From the NCBI RefSeq assembly GCF_009914755.1, contig NC_060925.1: DNA of 64,000 bases. One strand, given 5' to 3'. Shown one piece after another: positions 17,811 to 37,796 of this stretch. Positions within the stretch are counted from its first letter, which is position 1, and each line of letters begins with the position of its first letter. A program made the translations under genes and the position numbers. Origin of the DNA: the human T2T-CHM13v2.0 reference genome, Homo sapiens. A model generated the notes under the pieces. That model was not told the origin of the DNA. It saw only the letters and a list, made by a program, of their open reading frames with translations, and searched no databases.

Positions 17811-20800
17811 CAAGTCTCCCAACAAAGAAAAGCCCAAGATTACAAAGCCTTCACTGCCGAATTCTGCCAAACTTATAAAGAACTAACCCAATTCCCAAAC
17901 TGTTCCCAAAAATTAAAGAGGAAGGAATTCTCCTTTATTCATTCTATGAGGCCTGCATTACCCTGATACCAAAACCAAACAAGGACACCACAAAAAAGAA
18001 CTGCAGGCCAATTATCTCTGATGTTCACAGACACAAATATCCTCAACAAAATATTAGCAAACCAAATCTGACTGCACATCTAAAAGATAATACACCATGC
18101 CCAAGTGGAATTTACCCCAGGGATAGAAGAATGGTTCAACATAGGCATATCAATAAACCTAACACATCACATCAACAGAATGAAAGACAAAAATCATATG
18201 ATCATTTCAAGAGATACGGAAAAAGCATTTGATAAAATTCAACGTCATTTCATAAGAATTCTCATGAAATCAGGCATAACAAAAACACACCTCAACATAA
18301 TAAAGGCCATTTATGACAAACCCACAGCTAACATCATACCAAACTGTGAAAAGCTGGAACTTTTTCCTCTAAAAGCTGGTCAAGACAAGGATGTCCACTT
18401 TCACAACTACTATTCAATATAGTACTGAAGTCCTAGTCAGCACAGTCAGGCAAGAAAAGGAAACAAAAGGCATCTAAACTGGAAAAGAGGAAGGCAAATT
18501 GTCCCTCTTTGCACATGACATGACCTTACATCTAGAAAATCCTAAAGACTCCCCCAAAAAACTCAATGGTCCTAGGAAAAGTGAATGTCCATAGGCAGAA
18601 GAATGCTCCTATATCTCACCATAAACAAAATTCAACTCGAAATGGATTAAAGACCTAAATGAAAGACTCAAAACTAAAAAAACTACTAGAAGAAACACAG
18701 GGGAAATATTTCAGGACATTGAGTAGACAAAGATTTTACGACTAAGACCTCAAAAGCACAGGCAACAAAACAAAAATAAACAAATGAGATTATATTAAAC
18801 TAAAAGACTTCTGCATAGCAAAGTAAATAATCAACGGAGTGAGGAGACAATCTGTTGGGTAGCAGAAAATATCTGCAAACCATTCATCTGACAAGAGACT
18901 AATATTCAGAATATACAAGGAACTCAACTTCAATAATTATTTACATGCACATACACATACACACACACACGTACCCATTAAAAAGTGGGCAAAAAAACAT
19001 GAATGGGCATTTCTCATAGGAAGGCATACAAATGGCCAAGAGGTATATGAAAAAAATGTTCAACATCAATAATCATTAAGGAAATGCAAATCAAAACCAG
19101 AAGGTGATATCCTCTTACAGCAGTTAGAATAGCTGTGATTAAAAAGACAAAAAAATAACAGACACTGAAGAGGATGTGGAAAAAAGGGAGCTCTCATATA
19201 CTTTTGGTGGGAATGTAAATTAGTACAGCCATTTATGGAAAACAGTATGTTGCTTTCTAAAAAAAAAAAAACACTAAAAATAGAACTACCATATTAAGCA
19301 GCAATTCCACTACTAGGTATTTACCCAAAGGAAAAGAAATCATTATATCAAAGGGATACCTGCAACCCCATGTTTACTGCAACACTATTCACAAAAGCAA
19401 AGATATAGAATCAAACTGAATATCCATCAATGGCTGAATGGGATAAAGAACATATGGTATATATACACAATGAAATACTATCATAAAAAAGAATGAAAGC
19501 CTGTCATTTGTAGCAACATGGATGGAACTGAAAGTATGTTAAGCCAGGCACAGAAATACAAATATCATATAGTATCATTCATATGTGGGAGGTAAAAAAG
19601 TTAATCTCATGGAGGTAAAGAGCAGAATGACAGTCCCCAGAGGATGGGAAGAGTGTAGCAGTGCTGGGTGAAAATAAGTTTATTAATGGGTATAAACACA
19701 CAGATAGAAGAAATAAGTTCCAAAGCAGGGTAGACTGGCTATAATTATCAACAATGTATTGTTTATTTCAAAATAAACAGAAGAAAGTACTTGAAGTATT
19801 CCCAATACATTAAAATGATAAATACTTAAGGTGATATATTCCCTAATTACCCTGAGTTGATCATTACACATTCTATGTATGTAACAAAATACAAGTACCC
19901 CATAAAAATGCACAAATAATATGTATCAATTAAAAAGTTTTAAAAAAATTTTTAAGAAGGTAAAAAAATACAACCACACAATAAAAGGAAATACTTGCAA
20001 ATTATATTAGCAATACAGGATCTGTATCTAAAATATATAAAGAACTCTTACAACTGAGTTATAAGGGAGAAATAATTCCATTTAAAATGGGCACATAATC
20101 TAAATAAACATTTCTCCAAAGGAGATGTACAAATGGTCAACAGGCACATCAAAATTTGATCACCATCAATTGCCATTAATCCAATGAAAATCAAAACCAT
20201 TACAAAATGAGGTATCATTTTATACCCGCAAGGATGACCATAATAAAAAAGACATTTAATAACTACTATTGGCAAGGATGTGAAAAACTGCAACCTCAAA
20301 ACTGTGCGAATGTAAACGGTAAAGCTGGCTGTTCCTCAAAAGATTAAACATATGACCCAGCAATTCCATTCCTAAAAAACTGAAAACATACACAAGAAAA
20401 ATAAAAACACTGAGTCTATCCTAAAGTGTATACACAAATACTCACAGCAGCATTTTTGTTTCAAAGTACAAACAATCTAAATGTTCTTCAGCTGGATAAA
20501 GAGACTAACAATTGTGGTATAGCTATCCAATGGAGTATCATTCTGGCATAAAAAGGAATGAAGTACTATTACATGCTACAATATGGATGATCCTGAAAAC
20601 CTTATGCTAAGTGAAAGAAGTCCAAAATGCCACATATAATTATTTTATATGAATGTCCAAAATAGGTAACATGTCCAGAATAGGCAAATTCACAGAAACA
20701 GAAAGTAATGTAGTGGTTGCCAGGAACTTGAGATGGTGGAAATGGTGAGAGACTGTTAATGGATAGGTTTCTTTTTGGGAGGGATGAAATGAAAATGTCC

Positions 20801-20879
20801 TGAAATTTGGTAGTGATGATTGCACAACTTTGCAATTATAATAAAACTACTGAATTATACACTTTTAAAAGACAACATT

Positions 20880-21225
<346 letters not shown>

Positions 21226-21343
21226 CTAAGAGAAAAAGGAATCAACAGGCTCTAATCAAACACAGGGTATGTCCAATACAGTCAAAAGTCACCTTTCACA
21301 AAGCAAAGCCAGTGATATTGTCCAGAAAGAACTCAAGTCTCCT

Positions 21344-21348
<5 letters not shown>

Positions 21349-21379
<31 letters not shown>

Positions 21380-21912
21380 TCCAGGATACAAGTGCAGAAC
21401 GTGCAGGTTTGTTACATAGGTATAAGTGTGCCATGGTGGTTTACTGCACCTAACAATCCGTCACCTAGGTTTTAAGCCCTGCATATATTAGCTATTTGTC
21501 CTGATGTTTTTCCTCTCCTTGCTGCCCCCGCGACCCAATAGGCCCCGGTGTGTGTTGTCCCCCTCCCTGTGTCCATGTGTCCTCATTGTTCAACTCCCAC
21601 TATGAGTGAGAACATGTGGTGTTTGGTTTTCTGTTCCTCTGTTAGTTTGCTGAGGATGGTGGCTTCCGGCTTTATCCATGTCCCTGCAAAGGATGTGATC
21701 TCATTCCATTTTACGGCTGCATAGTATTCCATGGTGTATATGTACCATATTCTCTTTATAACTGATGGGCATTTGGGTTGATTCCATGTCTTTGCTATTG
21801 TGAACAGTGCTGCAATAAACATACATGTGCATGTATCTTTAAAATAGAATGATTATAAAGATATGCTGAGTAAAAGAAATAGACGTAAATGAGTATATAT
21901 TTCTTTGGGTAT
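21349..21912 (-). mobile_element. 5'-truncated L1PA 3' end (older L1PA8-13-like)
   Basis: Poly(T) followed by L1 3'UTR and ORF2 C-terminus ([20 protein letters not shown]). Degenerate TSD aagtctcctgtttt / aaggctcctgattt. Confidence 0.9.
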
Positions 21913-23182
21913 AAGGCTCCTGATTTCTAGCTGATTCCTGGCTCTCCTCTGGACCATGTTAGTCTGTGATACAAGTTACCTAAAGTAGTCATTAAGAGAA
22001 AAATCAAGGAATTCACCTACATGAAGGTTAAGAACTCAAAGGATTCTCCCAAATTTAAAGTAGATGTGAATCAATGTCAAGAAGTGAAATAAGTTTTCTG
22101 GCCCCAACCTACTGATCAAAAATCAAAGTCTGAGTAAAATGAGGCAAAGTGACGATTTCTAGAACATTCAAAGACCAATCTTAAAATGGCAAAAAATTAA
22201 CGTACAATTTGAAAAGTTTCTTTTGAGAATAGAACAGCGACTTCTTAGTTAACTAGGAAAAGACAAACATCACTTTTGAGATAAACATTTATTAGGCATC
22301 TACTGTGTATCAGACACTGCTGGGTATGATGGAGGTATGAAAATGTCAAAGACCTAATCCTTGTAAACGAAAAACTCACAATTGAATGGAACAGATCAAT
22401 ACATAGACAGCTACATCATTCGGGAGCTATAATAGTGAAATTCTCCAAGAACCATGGGAGCAAAAAGAAGAGAGCAATTAATTTTGAAAAGTTAGAGTAG
22501 GTTAAAAAAGGAAAATAACTTCCTTTCCGAGTTATTATACTGAAATGTGAGCTGGGCTTTAAAGGATAAAGAAAATGAAATACTATTTTAGATACCGTGT
22601 ATCATAAATGCAAGAAAAATAGTACAGTATAGCTTGAATATAAAATTTAGAAGCATGAAGCTGGAGCCTGGACTTGAAAATAGGACCACGGAAGTAGACT
22701 TGGGTTTTTACTCATGTGCCATAACTTAAGGCAGCAATGTAGAAGGCACAGAAAAAGTAAACAGAGACTAGAGGAGACTAGTGGAAAGTGACATAGTATT
22801 TTAGGTTATTTATTGTTAAAATCATTTTACTTTTTAAAAAATCTCAACTCTTCTAATTATTTTGTTTTCGTATAAAAACCAGGATCTGAAAAGATCAGTG
22901 ATGATGGAAGGAATCACATGAGACTGAATTAGGTTCACAGGATTGCTAAACACTATACAGATAAGGATAATACGTCATACCCTCTTAAAATAACACCCCA
23001 AAGGGAAGCAGAGTCTCCTATGCATGTTTCATGTCCAGGAACTATTAAATAACTGGTCAGGGACATCACATAAGTCCTAATTCTCTAGCATCAAAACAAC
23101 TGCTTGAATCCATTTCACCAATTACCTATGCATATACACAAGAAGGACCAAAGGGAAGCTCTATAATTAAAAAGTCCAGTAG

Positions 23183-23434
23183 GCCGGGCACGTGGGAGGC
23201 TGAGGTGGGCAGATCACCTGAGGTCGGCAGTTTGAGACCAGCCTGGCCAACATGGAGAAACCCCGTCTCTACTAAAAATACAAAATTAGCTGGGCGTGGT
23301 GGCACATGCCTGTAATCTCAGCTACTCAGGAGGCTATCTGGGAGGCAGAGGTTGCAGTGAGCAGAGAAATCACGCCATTGCACTCCAGCCTGAGCAACAA
23401 GGACAAAACTCCATCTCAAAAAAAAAAAAAAAAA
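23183..23434 (+). mobile_element. AluS with two internal deletions
   Basis: TSD aaaaagtccagta. Confidence 0.9.
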
Positions 23435-23802
23435 AAAAAGTCCAGTAATTGAAATAAAAATTCACCAAAATATTAGACAGAATCAGAGTCAGAGATCCTG
23501 AAAATAGATAAGTAGAAACTAACAAACCTGAAGAACAAAAAAAATGAGAAAAATTAACACTCTCAAGGACTTGTGAAAAAATTTCATGTCTTATTATAAC
23601 TGACCCTAAAAGAAAAAGAGAAAAGATGGGGCCAAAAGAATTTTTAATAAATAATAACTGAAAATATCCCAAATTTGGATGAAAGCCTCTTCTTATTGAT
23701 CCTAGATGAGCAGGCCTGGAATAAATATAAAAACACTACATCAAAGCATATCACAGTCAAATTGCTGACATCCAAAGAAAAGAGAAAAATTACTGAAAGC
23801 TA

Positions 23803-27603
<3,801 letters not shown>

Positions 27604-28350
27604 AAAGGATACCAGATGGAAACTTAGATTTCTAGGAAAGAACATCAGAAAAGGTAAATAACTAAGAAAATATTTCCTCCAATGTAATTTCCTTAAAAGG
27701 CAACTAACTATTTAAAGCAAGTAACACAAATCCTAAGACGGGATTTACGGTATAAGTAGAAGCACAAGATATGACAATAGCACAAAGAAAGGAATGTAGA
27801 CAAACGAAATTATACTGTTGTAACGTTAATACATTTTTAAATGGATGGCAAGAGGTAGAGTAGGCGGTATAAAGTGTAAGGTATGAAGTGGAGGGTAGTA
27901 TAATATTACCTCCAAATAGACTCTGATAAGTTGGTGATACATATTGTTAAGCTCTAGAATGACTACTAAAAAACTAAAAGAGGACACTAAGAAGTCAACA
28001 GACGAAATAAAATAGAATCCTATAAACTATCTGATTAACCCCAAAGGTTGCAGAAATAAAGCAACGTTAAGAACAAAAGAAAAACAAACAGCAACAATAC
28101 CAATAATCATATTAAATACAAAGACTAAGTGGTCTAAATAGAAGGTGGAGATCATCAGACAATTTTAAAAGCAAGAGCCAATGGCCACATGTTGTTTACC
28201 AGAGAAACGCTTTAAACACAAAGATGTTTACAATCTAAAAGCAAAATACTGGAAAAAGATACACCATGATGTTGCATAAGAAAGCTGGAATGGCTAAATT
28301 AGTATCAGACAAAGTAGGCTTCAGGACAAAGAGCATTTTAAGAAATTAAG

Positions 28351-28657
<307 letters not shown>

Positions 28658-30035
28658 TCATAAAGATAAAAGAACAATTTACCCTGAAGAATAAACACAC
28701 TATACATAAATAGCAATTTGCAATGGGCCTAAATGCAACATCTAAAATTATAAAACTTAAAAAGAAAATCTTCATGACCGTACTTGATTTCCTGATGGCA
28801 TACACAAGTCACTTACCATTAAATTAAAAATTGATAAATTAGACCTCACCAAAATTCAAATTTTCTACTTTTTAAAACACTACTGTGAAAGCAAAAAGGC
28901 AAACCATAGTCTAAAAAAACATTTAAACAACAGAAATCTAAGGAAAGACTTGTATCCAGAATATATTTTTTAAAACGCTTACAACTCAGTAATAATGACA
29001 ACCAATTTTTTCTAAGTCAAAAGAATTTTAAAAGAACTTTCAGAGGAGAAGATACACAAATGCCCAGGAAGCACATGAAAAGATGCTCAATATCAACAGC
29101 CATCAGGAAAATTCAAATCAAAACCATGATGAAATACCACTTCACACCCAGTAGAATGGCTACAGTTAAAAAGACAGGTAATAACCAACTGTTGGCCATG
29201 GGAAGCAAAACTGCAACTCTCAGGTATTGCTGTTGGGAATGTAAAATAGCACAACCACTTTGGGAAAGGGTTTGGCAGTTTCTTATAAAGTTAACCTTCC
29301 ATCTGCCCTCTGACCCAGTAATTCTATCCTTCAGGAAAAATGAAAGCATGTCCACAGAAAACTTGTTTAAGAATTTACTAGTAATTCTTTATTAATAGCG
29401 TAAAACTGAAAACACCTGAAGTGTTTGTCAACAAATAAATGTATAAACAAATTGTCATAGATTCATATGATGGAATACCACTTAACAATAAGAAACAAAC
29501 AAGTGATATATGTAGCAGCATTATAGACATTATGCTGAGTGAAAGACACAAATGAGTATATATTGAATGATTCCATTTACATGTAGTTCTATTATGTGAA
29601 CTTACGGAAAAAAATCTACTATGCACTCAAGGATCACTATCTAAAACCGGGGCTTGACCACAGGCTTATTTTGAGGATCAAGATAATGCATGTAAAATGG
29701 CTCTAAATTCTTTAAAGCAATATACAGATGCAGATATTAATTTATATCAACAATTCTAGTACAACACAGTAATGTCCTTTCTGACGGAAAAGACTGCAGT
29801 GGCTTACCCTGTAAAATCCCAAAGAAAGATCACAAGAATTCTACAACTTTGACCACATTTTCCAAAAATCAATCAAGATACCCTAAAACAGAAGTTAATT
29901 CCAGAAGGAAGGAAAGTGGAACCCAACTGAAAACCAGGTGTCACTGTTAAGTAGAAGAGAGCAAACAAATACCAGCAATTCATAAACTTCAGAAAAAAAT
30001 CAAGGTAATCAAGATATAGAAAATCCATCAGAAAT

Positions 30036-30362
30036 GGCTGTGCACAGCGGCTCACACCTGTAATCTCAGCACTTTGGGAGGCCAACGCGGGTGGATAATT
30101 TGAGGTCAGGAGTTCGAGACCAGCCTGGCCAACATGGTGAAATCCCATCTCTACTGAAAAAGAAAAAAATACAAAATACAAAATACAAAAATTAGCCAGG
30201 CGTGGTGGCACACGCTTGTAATCCCGCCTACAGGGGAGGGTGAGGCAGGAGAATCATTTGAGCCTGGGAGGCAGAGGTGCAGTGAAACAAGATCATGCCA
30301 CTGCACTCCAGCCTGGGTGATGGAGTGAGACTCTGTCTCAAAAAAAAAAAAAAAGAAAGAAA
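30036..30362 (+). mobile_element. AluS with (aaaatac)n expansion in the middle linker
   Basis: TSD agaaaat(c/g)catcagaaat. Confidence 0.92.
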
Positions 30363-31639
30363 AGAAAATGCATCAGAAATGAAGATGTGTCAAAGATCAA
30401 CAATAAACTTAAATGTTGTTATTCCCATCATTAAAAAGTATTTATTACTTCAAATAAAGTGCATTTTAACTATTCCAAAACTTTATTTCTAGCTAAAATT
30501 TTATGTCAACACAAAGTACCCTGCATATTTATCTTAGGTTGAAAATAGCCTAACAAAAAAGCCATTACCTGATTAAGTACAAATAAACCAAAAATGCTAA
30601 TATTAATTTCAGACTCCTGGGGAGAGCAGTCCCTGTCATAAATAGCTAAACATTCCAAATGGTGAAATCTATTACTATTGCCAAGTATATGCCCGTTGGT
30701 AAAGGGAATCATCATAGACAATTCTCTGCTCTTCCTTAGCTTTCAATGCATATTCATCTCAGGAGCTGGATTCCTCTTGTCCCTGACTTCTTTGGCTTTA
30801 TACCATGCCTTCATCTTTTATTTTTTTAACCTCTCCCAGTTTATTTTGGCAATCCAACTTCAAAAGATTTGTTTGCCTTGTTTTCTCCCAACTTCTTAGG
30901 ATGCTGTTCCTGGTAACTGCTCAGGCACAGCATTTGCATGCACCACAGATCTAGAGCAACCATACTTGGAGTTTCAATCCTGCTTTATAACTGTTCCCCA
31001 AACATAGTTAAGAATAGCACCACTTTCATTCTCAGAAGTTTCTAGCTTGGACAATAGGTTAAATAGCTACTGAGACCACAACACACAGTAAGTACTCAAA
31101 GGCAGTCTGCTTGTCTGGCTAGTTGACCGAATGAACATGTGGATAACAACTATTCCAATGCCTGCTTAGGTCCTTGAAATACGCTTTTTGAACAAATACA
31201 AGTTTTTATTACTTTTAAATACATTGATCATCAAATTAAGCCTAGAGTGTTAAGAAATTTACTCTTAATGGATTAAAATATGTAATTGGCATATTGACTG
31301 TGGTATAGTAAACAATTCCCCTAAATGTTAAAGATACTTAAAAAGTACATCCTATTAAGGGATTAACAGACATATCTTGCTTTTAAATCATAGTGCCAAT
31401 CAATCCTTTTAGAAACTTTAAGTTAGAGATAAAGTTTTACTATATCATAACGAATTCCCAAGAAACAGATGGCTCACCTACATAATCCACTCACAAGGCA
31501 GCTTAACTTGACTATTATGTTACTACTTGAGTGTTATAGCTCAATATCTGTCAAGTCTAAGCCGAAAAGAAAGTAACTTGATGGTCAAATGATCATACAA
31601 CTAACAAAAACATGTCTTTCAAATAGTGATTAAACTCTG

Positions 31640-31985
31640 ATAAATCCGTGTGATGGAATATATGCAATGAAATGAAACAAAACTGCTGATATGCACAACG
31701 ACATGGATAGCTCTCAAATACATTATACTAAAGCAAAAAAGCCAGACTCAGAAGGCCATGTACTATATGAGTCCCATTTATATGGCATTTTGGAAAAGGC
31801 AAAATTATAGGGACACAAACAGATCAGTAGTTGCAAAGGCCTGGGGATGAGGGAAAGGGCTGACTACCAAGTGACAATCTGGAATACTGTTCTCTATTTT
31901 GATTACAGTGATGGTTACGCTGTGTTTGTTGAAACTAATAGAATTACACACCAAAGAGTAAATTTCACCATATATAATTTTTTTT
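31640..31985 (+). mobile_element. Old L1M 3' end fragment (approximate)
   Basis: gcacaacgacatggat...gccagactcagaagg...ggaaaaggcaaaattataggga. Confidence 0.75.
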
Positions 31986-32439
31986 AAATTTCTAGGTATA
32001 ATGTTATTTTTTTAAAGTAGTTTAGATCTGGAAAAGAAAAAAGAGGCCAACAACAACAAAATGTTCTCTTCCAACTTTAAAAAGAGAACAGAGAACACTG
32101 TATGTCTCAACAAAAGGCAGCTGCAACCACACTGCTCAAACAGTATTAACATCAGGGCTCTAGGCCAAAACTTCTTTCAGCTTCTGCAGTGTTATCTCCC
32201 TGAATCAGACTCTCACTTCTATCTAACTCAATCTTTCTAATCTTCTGAATACCTTAGCTTTCTAACCTTGGTTTGTCTAATGGAATGCCTCACATTCATA
32301 ATTCACCTCTGTCTCGACAATCACTCAATGGCACTAATCCATTTCTTCACTCTTGGATCTCACGTTAGTACTTATATTAATTCCCTTAATTCCTGATTCT
32401 ACCCAGCTTTGCTCTGACTCGTCCCTCAGCTAAACTTGA

Positions 32440-32900
32440 TCATATCCTCTTCCAGCCTTCAACTCGAGTTCTTATCTACCATGAGTTAAAATGACAAATG
32501 CTAGCAACCTCATCTATTCAAGTGCTTCAGAAGTGACAAACTCTAAAGTCTCCCTTGGGAAGCTGTATCAGTGTTTTTTCACTTCAATAAATATGACATT
32601 CTTATTTCAGTCCAACCAAACTCTTGCTTATCCTTCAGTCCTACTTCCTGTTTAGTTTGTACAGAAACACAGATAAACAGTCATCATCTTCTTTACAAAA
32701 ATCATGCATTTACTTAAGACTAGCATTAAAATTATACTCTTATCTTCCTTCTTTAAGGTAATACCTACGACTCCTACAACACTGTTCATCATTTAATGTT
32801 ATATTTTATGTTCCCTCAAACCTCTCCAGTTTTTCTACATATTTTTTAAAGAAAATGACCAAAATGGGATACCAGAGATTAACAAGCAATTTACAAATAA
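32440..32900. mobile_element. L3/CR1-like remnant (approximate)
   Basis: Resemblance by eye only (ccttgggaagctgtatcagtg...atttacttaagactagcattaa). Confidence 0.4.
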
Positions 32901-33024
32901 ATATAACATAATACTAATATAGCCCCCCCAAAAAGAATACCCTTTGAAAAGAAAGATCAGTCAACTATGTTATGGTCCCTTATACTAAGCTACAGAATAG
33001 GAATAGAAAAAAATTCATAATTTG

Positions 33025-33297
33025 TGAGACGTGGTGGCTCACACCTCTAATCTCAACACTTTGGGAAGCCAAGGCAGGATGATCACTTGAGGCCAGGAGT
33101 TCAAGACCAGTCCAGGCAACATAGTGAGAACTCCATCTCCACAAAAAATTTCAAAAACTTAGCCAGGCATGGTGGCATGTGCTGTCATCCTGGCTACTCT
33201 GGAGAATCACCTGAGCCCAGTAGGCTATGAGAGCACCACTGCACTGGGCAAAAGGGCAAGATCCTGTCTCAAAAGAAATTTTTAAAGAAAAAAAAAT
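33025..33297 (+). mobile_element. AluJ with deletions
   Basis: ggatgatcacttgaggccaggagttcaagaccag. Confidence 0.85.
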
Positions 33298-34579
33298 CAC
33301 AATCCTGTAAGTTTCAAAAGTTAGTCTCTTAGCAGTGAATTTGTTATTTCCTCACAAACCAGGAGAACCCAATCTCTATGGTCACTGAGGCTTTACAACT
33401 TCCCATTCCCAGGCAAGACAAAGATTCCCCAACCCCTACACCCCTAAAAACTCTTCTATGAATTAACTGTAGTTATTTCCCCAGGATAGTCAGGTGGCCT
33501 TCATGTGGTTTTAAACTTCTTAGCTATTTTCTCAGTTCTATTAGAGCCCACTGCTACTAAGTTTAGATAACTGTTGAAACTAAGCCCTATAATCCTTTAG
33601 TTCCTTTCAAGTCAAAGATCATTTCTCTGAACTGAAGAAAGGGAAACAAAATTGAGAAAAGGTTAAGCTGAAAAGCAGAGAAAGAAAATTATATTTTTTA
33701 AACTATATTTAGCCAGTAATCTGCTTTTCCCTGATGTAAATATTTACCTTTAAGATAATTAAGACACATGTATGAATTACACAATAAGACTTATAACCCA
33801 AAGAATTTAAAAAAAAAAAGACAAATATAGAGAAAACAGAACTAATGAAAAGAGAAGAGACAAAAGACGGGATTTAAAAAATGGAGATAGACTGCAGAAT
33901 GTATAGACAGGGTAAAAAGGGTATAATCAAGAGAAAAGAAAAACAAATCTGTCCCCAAAAAAGCAGCAAAGTGGATGCAAAACTGAATTTCATTTTGTGT
34001 GTGTGTGTGTTTTTTTTAATAAAGTGGTAACATAGCTGCTTGAAATTAGTTGTAAAGAGGTGAGAAAAATGAATCTCAGACCACCAATGTACATAAAGGG
34101 TACCAAATTTTAAGGGCTTTTACGACACAATCTTCTTGAAAATGAAGGATTAAGTAAGGAATAGATAGCCACATAAAAACATCTATGATTCAACAATACA
34201 CTTCAAGATTAGGTTGTTCTTCACACCTCTCTGGTAATACAATGAACAGAAAGCTGTATCGTGAAAATACAGAGAAGATGCTATACGAGCTACTTCTACC
34301 TCTTGACCTAAGTCATGGCAGCAGCTAGCAAAATCCTAAGGGGTTATAAAGTCCGTCCCATACCCAAGACCAAAATCTACTCCCACCCCAACTTCGCTCA
34401 ATGGTTTTCTCCCACTGTGGTGAGGGTGGTTTTGGAAAAGCTCCTCAAATGTCAGGAAACACTGTAATACAAAAAGAAACAACAATTCATAAGTACCAAA
34501 ACTTAACTAACATTTTGGTCTCCCTCTCAAGGAAGACTGATATCATGGAAAAAGTACTAATCTAAGAACTAAGAAACCA

Positions 34580-34900
34580 ACTGTGCTTTGTTTGTTCAAC
34601 ATTCATTCTAAGACTTTTTCTGTAATTCCAGGTGATTTGGGGGGTGACGGGGTGAACACCAGGCCTACTCTCTCTGTTAAGTGTTACTCAGCTGGTGGAA
34701 TATAAACCAGAAGCTGCTGAAAGACATACTTGCCACTAATTGGACTGAAAATGAAGCTATCAGAGAAGTTAGCACAACTAATGGATGAAGAGACATTCCT
34801 GGTGATATAATTTAAGAACCTGGCTCCAGTTCTTCCTTAAGTACTTTTCCCCTTAAGTTAGTTTGTATTGAGTTTCTGTGACGGACAAGTATGTCTGGCG
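34580..34900 (+). mobile_element. Old MLT1 (MaLR) LTR remnant (approximate)
   Basis: ccagaagctgctgaaagaca...aagttagtttgtattgagtttctgtgac. Confidence 0.5.
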
Positions 34901-35170
34901 AATATGCCTGGGTTCTAATTCCACAATGAACCTGAGCAAGCTGTTCCTCATCTACTGGCCTTAGTTTCTTCTTTTATGAAATGGGCTTGAGCTGAAGTCT
35001 TCAAAGCTTTTTTAAAGCAGTGGAATTTTGTGTTTTCTTAAAAAACAAAATCTCATTTTGAAATCAAAAATAAAAATGACTTTATTCACATAAATGTATT
35101 TTATAAGACCAAATTTACATCTATGTCTGACCAAAATCAAAGAGAAAAATGTATTTAAACCTCGCTTTGT

Positions 35171-35595
<425 letters not shown>

Positions 35596-37655
35596 TTAAT
35601 ACATACAAAACCTTAAAACTGAAAACTACTGGTAAAAGATGAAAGCTCTCATTAGCCTCTCAGGACTCAATTTATTTCTGTATTTTGTTTTAGTTGCACA
35701 TTGAGAATCCTGATTCAAAAAGAAGAGTTGCAAAGAGTAACATGTTTTCCATATCTGTCTTACCCCATATATTAAAGATGAACAAAAGCTTAAACTTCTA
35801 CACAAAATAAAAATACCTGACATGACACATTTTTAAGAGTCTCCAATTGGTTAAAATCAAGTACATGATAGAATTAAGCATTCATGTGTACTGATTTTTA
35901 ATTTTTTTTAATTATTTCAAATTCATTTAAAAATCCAATCAGAACCAAAATGTTTACAGAACCCAAATAGTAACTTCACAGGACTCTAGTAAATAATCTC
36001 TGAAGTCTCTTAAAAATATTTTTCAGTCTGATTCATATATACTCATTGCCTATAGGAAATGTGATAAAGAATTTATTTTTAAAATCTAATTATCTTTTTG
36101 TAATAAGCCTCCTTTCCTTTAAAGGAAAAGGTGCACCAATTCCTATTCAGAATCTCAAAGTTAAAAACATAGAGAAACAATTTCTTACAAGACTATTATA
36201 ATAATCTGTTCAATCTTACTGAGAACCAACTTGACGGAGCAGACAGATGATAAAAAGTGCTATAAAATGTTCATTACTTCAGAAAAACTGCCTAAAGATA
36301 GAAACGAATAACTCTTCATCTCTAACTTCAAGAAGTTAACAGTCTAACAGAGGATACAGTATATTCATTCATTCAACAAGGGTGTCTCCTCAGTGCCATC
36401 AGCCACTGTGCAAGCAACTGGGTCTAAACAGTGAACAAGATACACATGAACCCTACTTGCATAAATTTAGATTTTAAGGGCAGTAGATAACTAACAAAGA
36501 GCTTGAAAAAAAGAGACCATATGAGTAGGTTAACTTTTTTTTTTTTTTTTTTTTTTTTTGAAGATTGCTGCCTACTATGTGAAAGTTAATATAAACTGGA
36601 GGAATCGAGCCCAGCCATTGAGAGTCCAATTAGGAGCTACTACAATGATGACGGTCGCTACAAAATAAAAAGAACTCAAAAGAGGGAGCAACAAATTCAG
36701 CTGAAGTATGGGGAAACAAAAAAGCCTCAGAGAAGTCATGTTGCAGCTCAATACTGAAAGATAAGAAGCAGTCTAGACAAGTAAAGCAAGGAAATTTGTA
36801 CAGAAGACCATATGAATAGCATGTTTGGAAAACTTCAAGTAGTTCTTCATGATGAGTCTTGAATGAGGTGAATTATAGCTAGAAAGGCAGATTGAGAAAA
36901 AAACAGTAAAGAATATTTTACAAGAAGAGAAAGTAAACACCTCCTGGACACTAAGGAATACTTTTAAGCAAGGTGCTTACATGACCAGGGTTACATTTTA
37001 GAAAGATTCTTCCAAAATCAGTTAGCCTAAAAACAAATATAAGAAGTCTAGCCACCTAAACAAGCATCGTGCTTCCCAATAAATACACTGTCTCAAAGTC
37101 CTAATCTAGTAACTTACCTTGACAACCAAATACAGTACAACCAAGTACTCTTAAGTTTCAGAGACCAAGCAACTAGGACCAAGTTCAGGTCACACTATAG
37201 TTGACTAGCTATTAAAACAACAAAAAAAGGGAGGAGTCACCATAGAAAAAACGCTAAAAACGTGAAAAATGCAGTGGTGTCAGGAGATAAGAAGAGTCAA
37301 GTACAGAATACTCTTCTTGATTACACTCAGAAATGGGCTAATAACAGAGAAACTGTTTTATTCCAGTGTAAGAATACTTCCACTTTTTGCCAGTTACACA
37401 GAGATGCACCCCTTATATGTAATAATGAATTATGGTTCCTGACAAGCAGCTCAACCACCAAATTTAATTTAATACACAATACTTCAACCAAAGATTAGAT
37501 TAGAAACAGCAAAGTACAACAGCACTGTGGTGTGCAACAGCTATACACTAGTTAGGTTCCCACAGCTTAAAACTCTCTAACAAGCTTTAGAGCAGGGTGG
37601 GGGAGGACTTACTATTTTGCAGAGGTTCCTATTCAATGAACTGGAAAAGTTCTTA

Positions 37656-37796
<141 letters not shown>

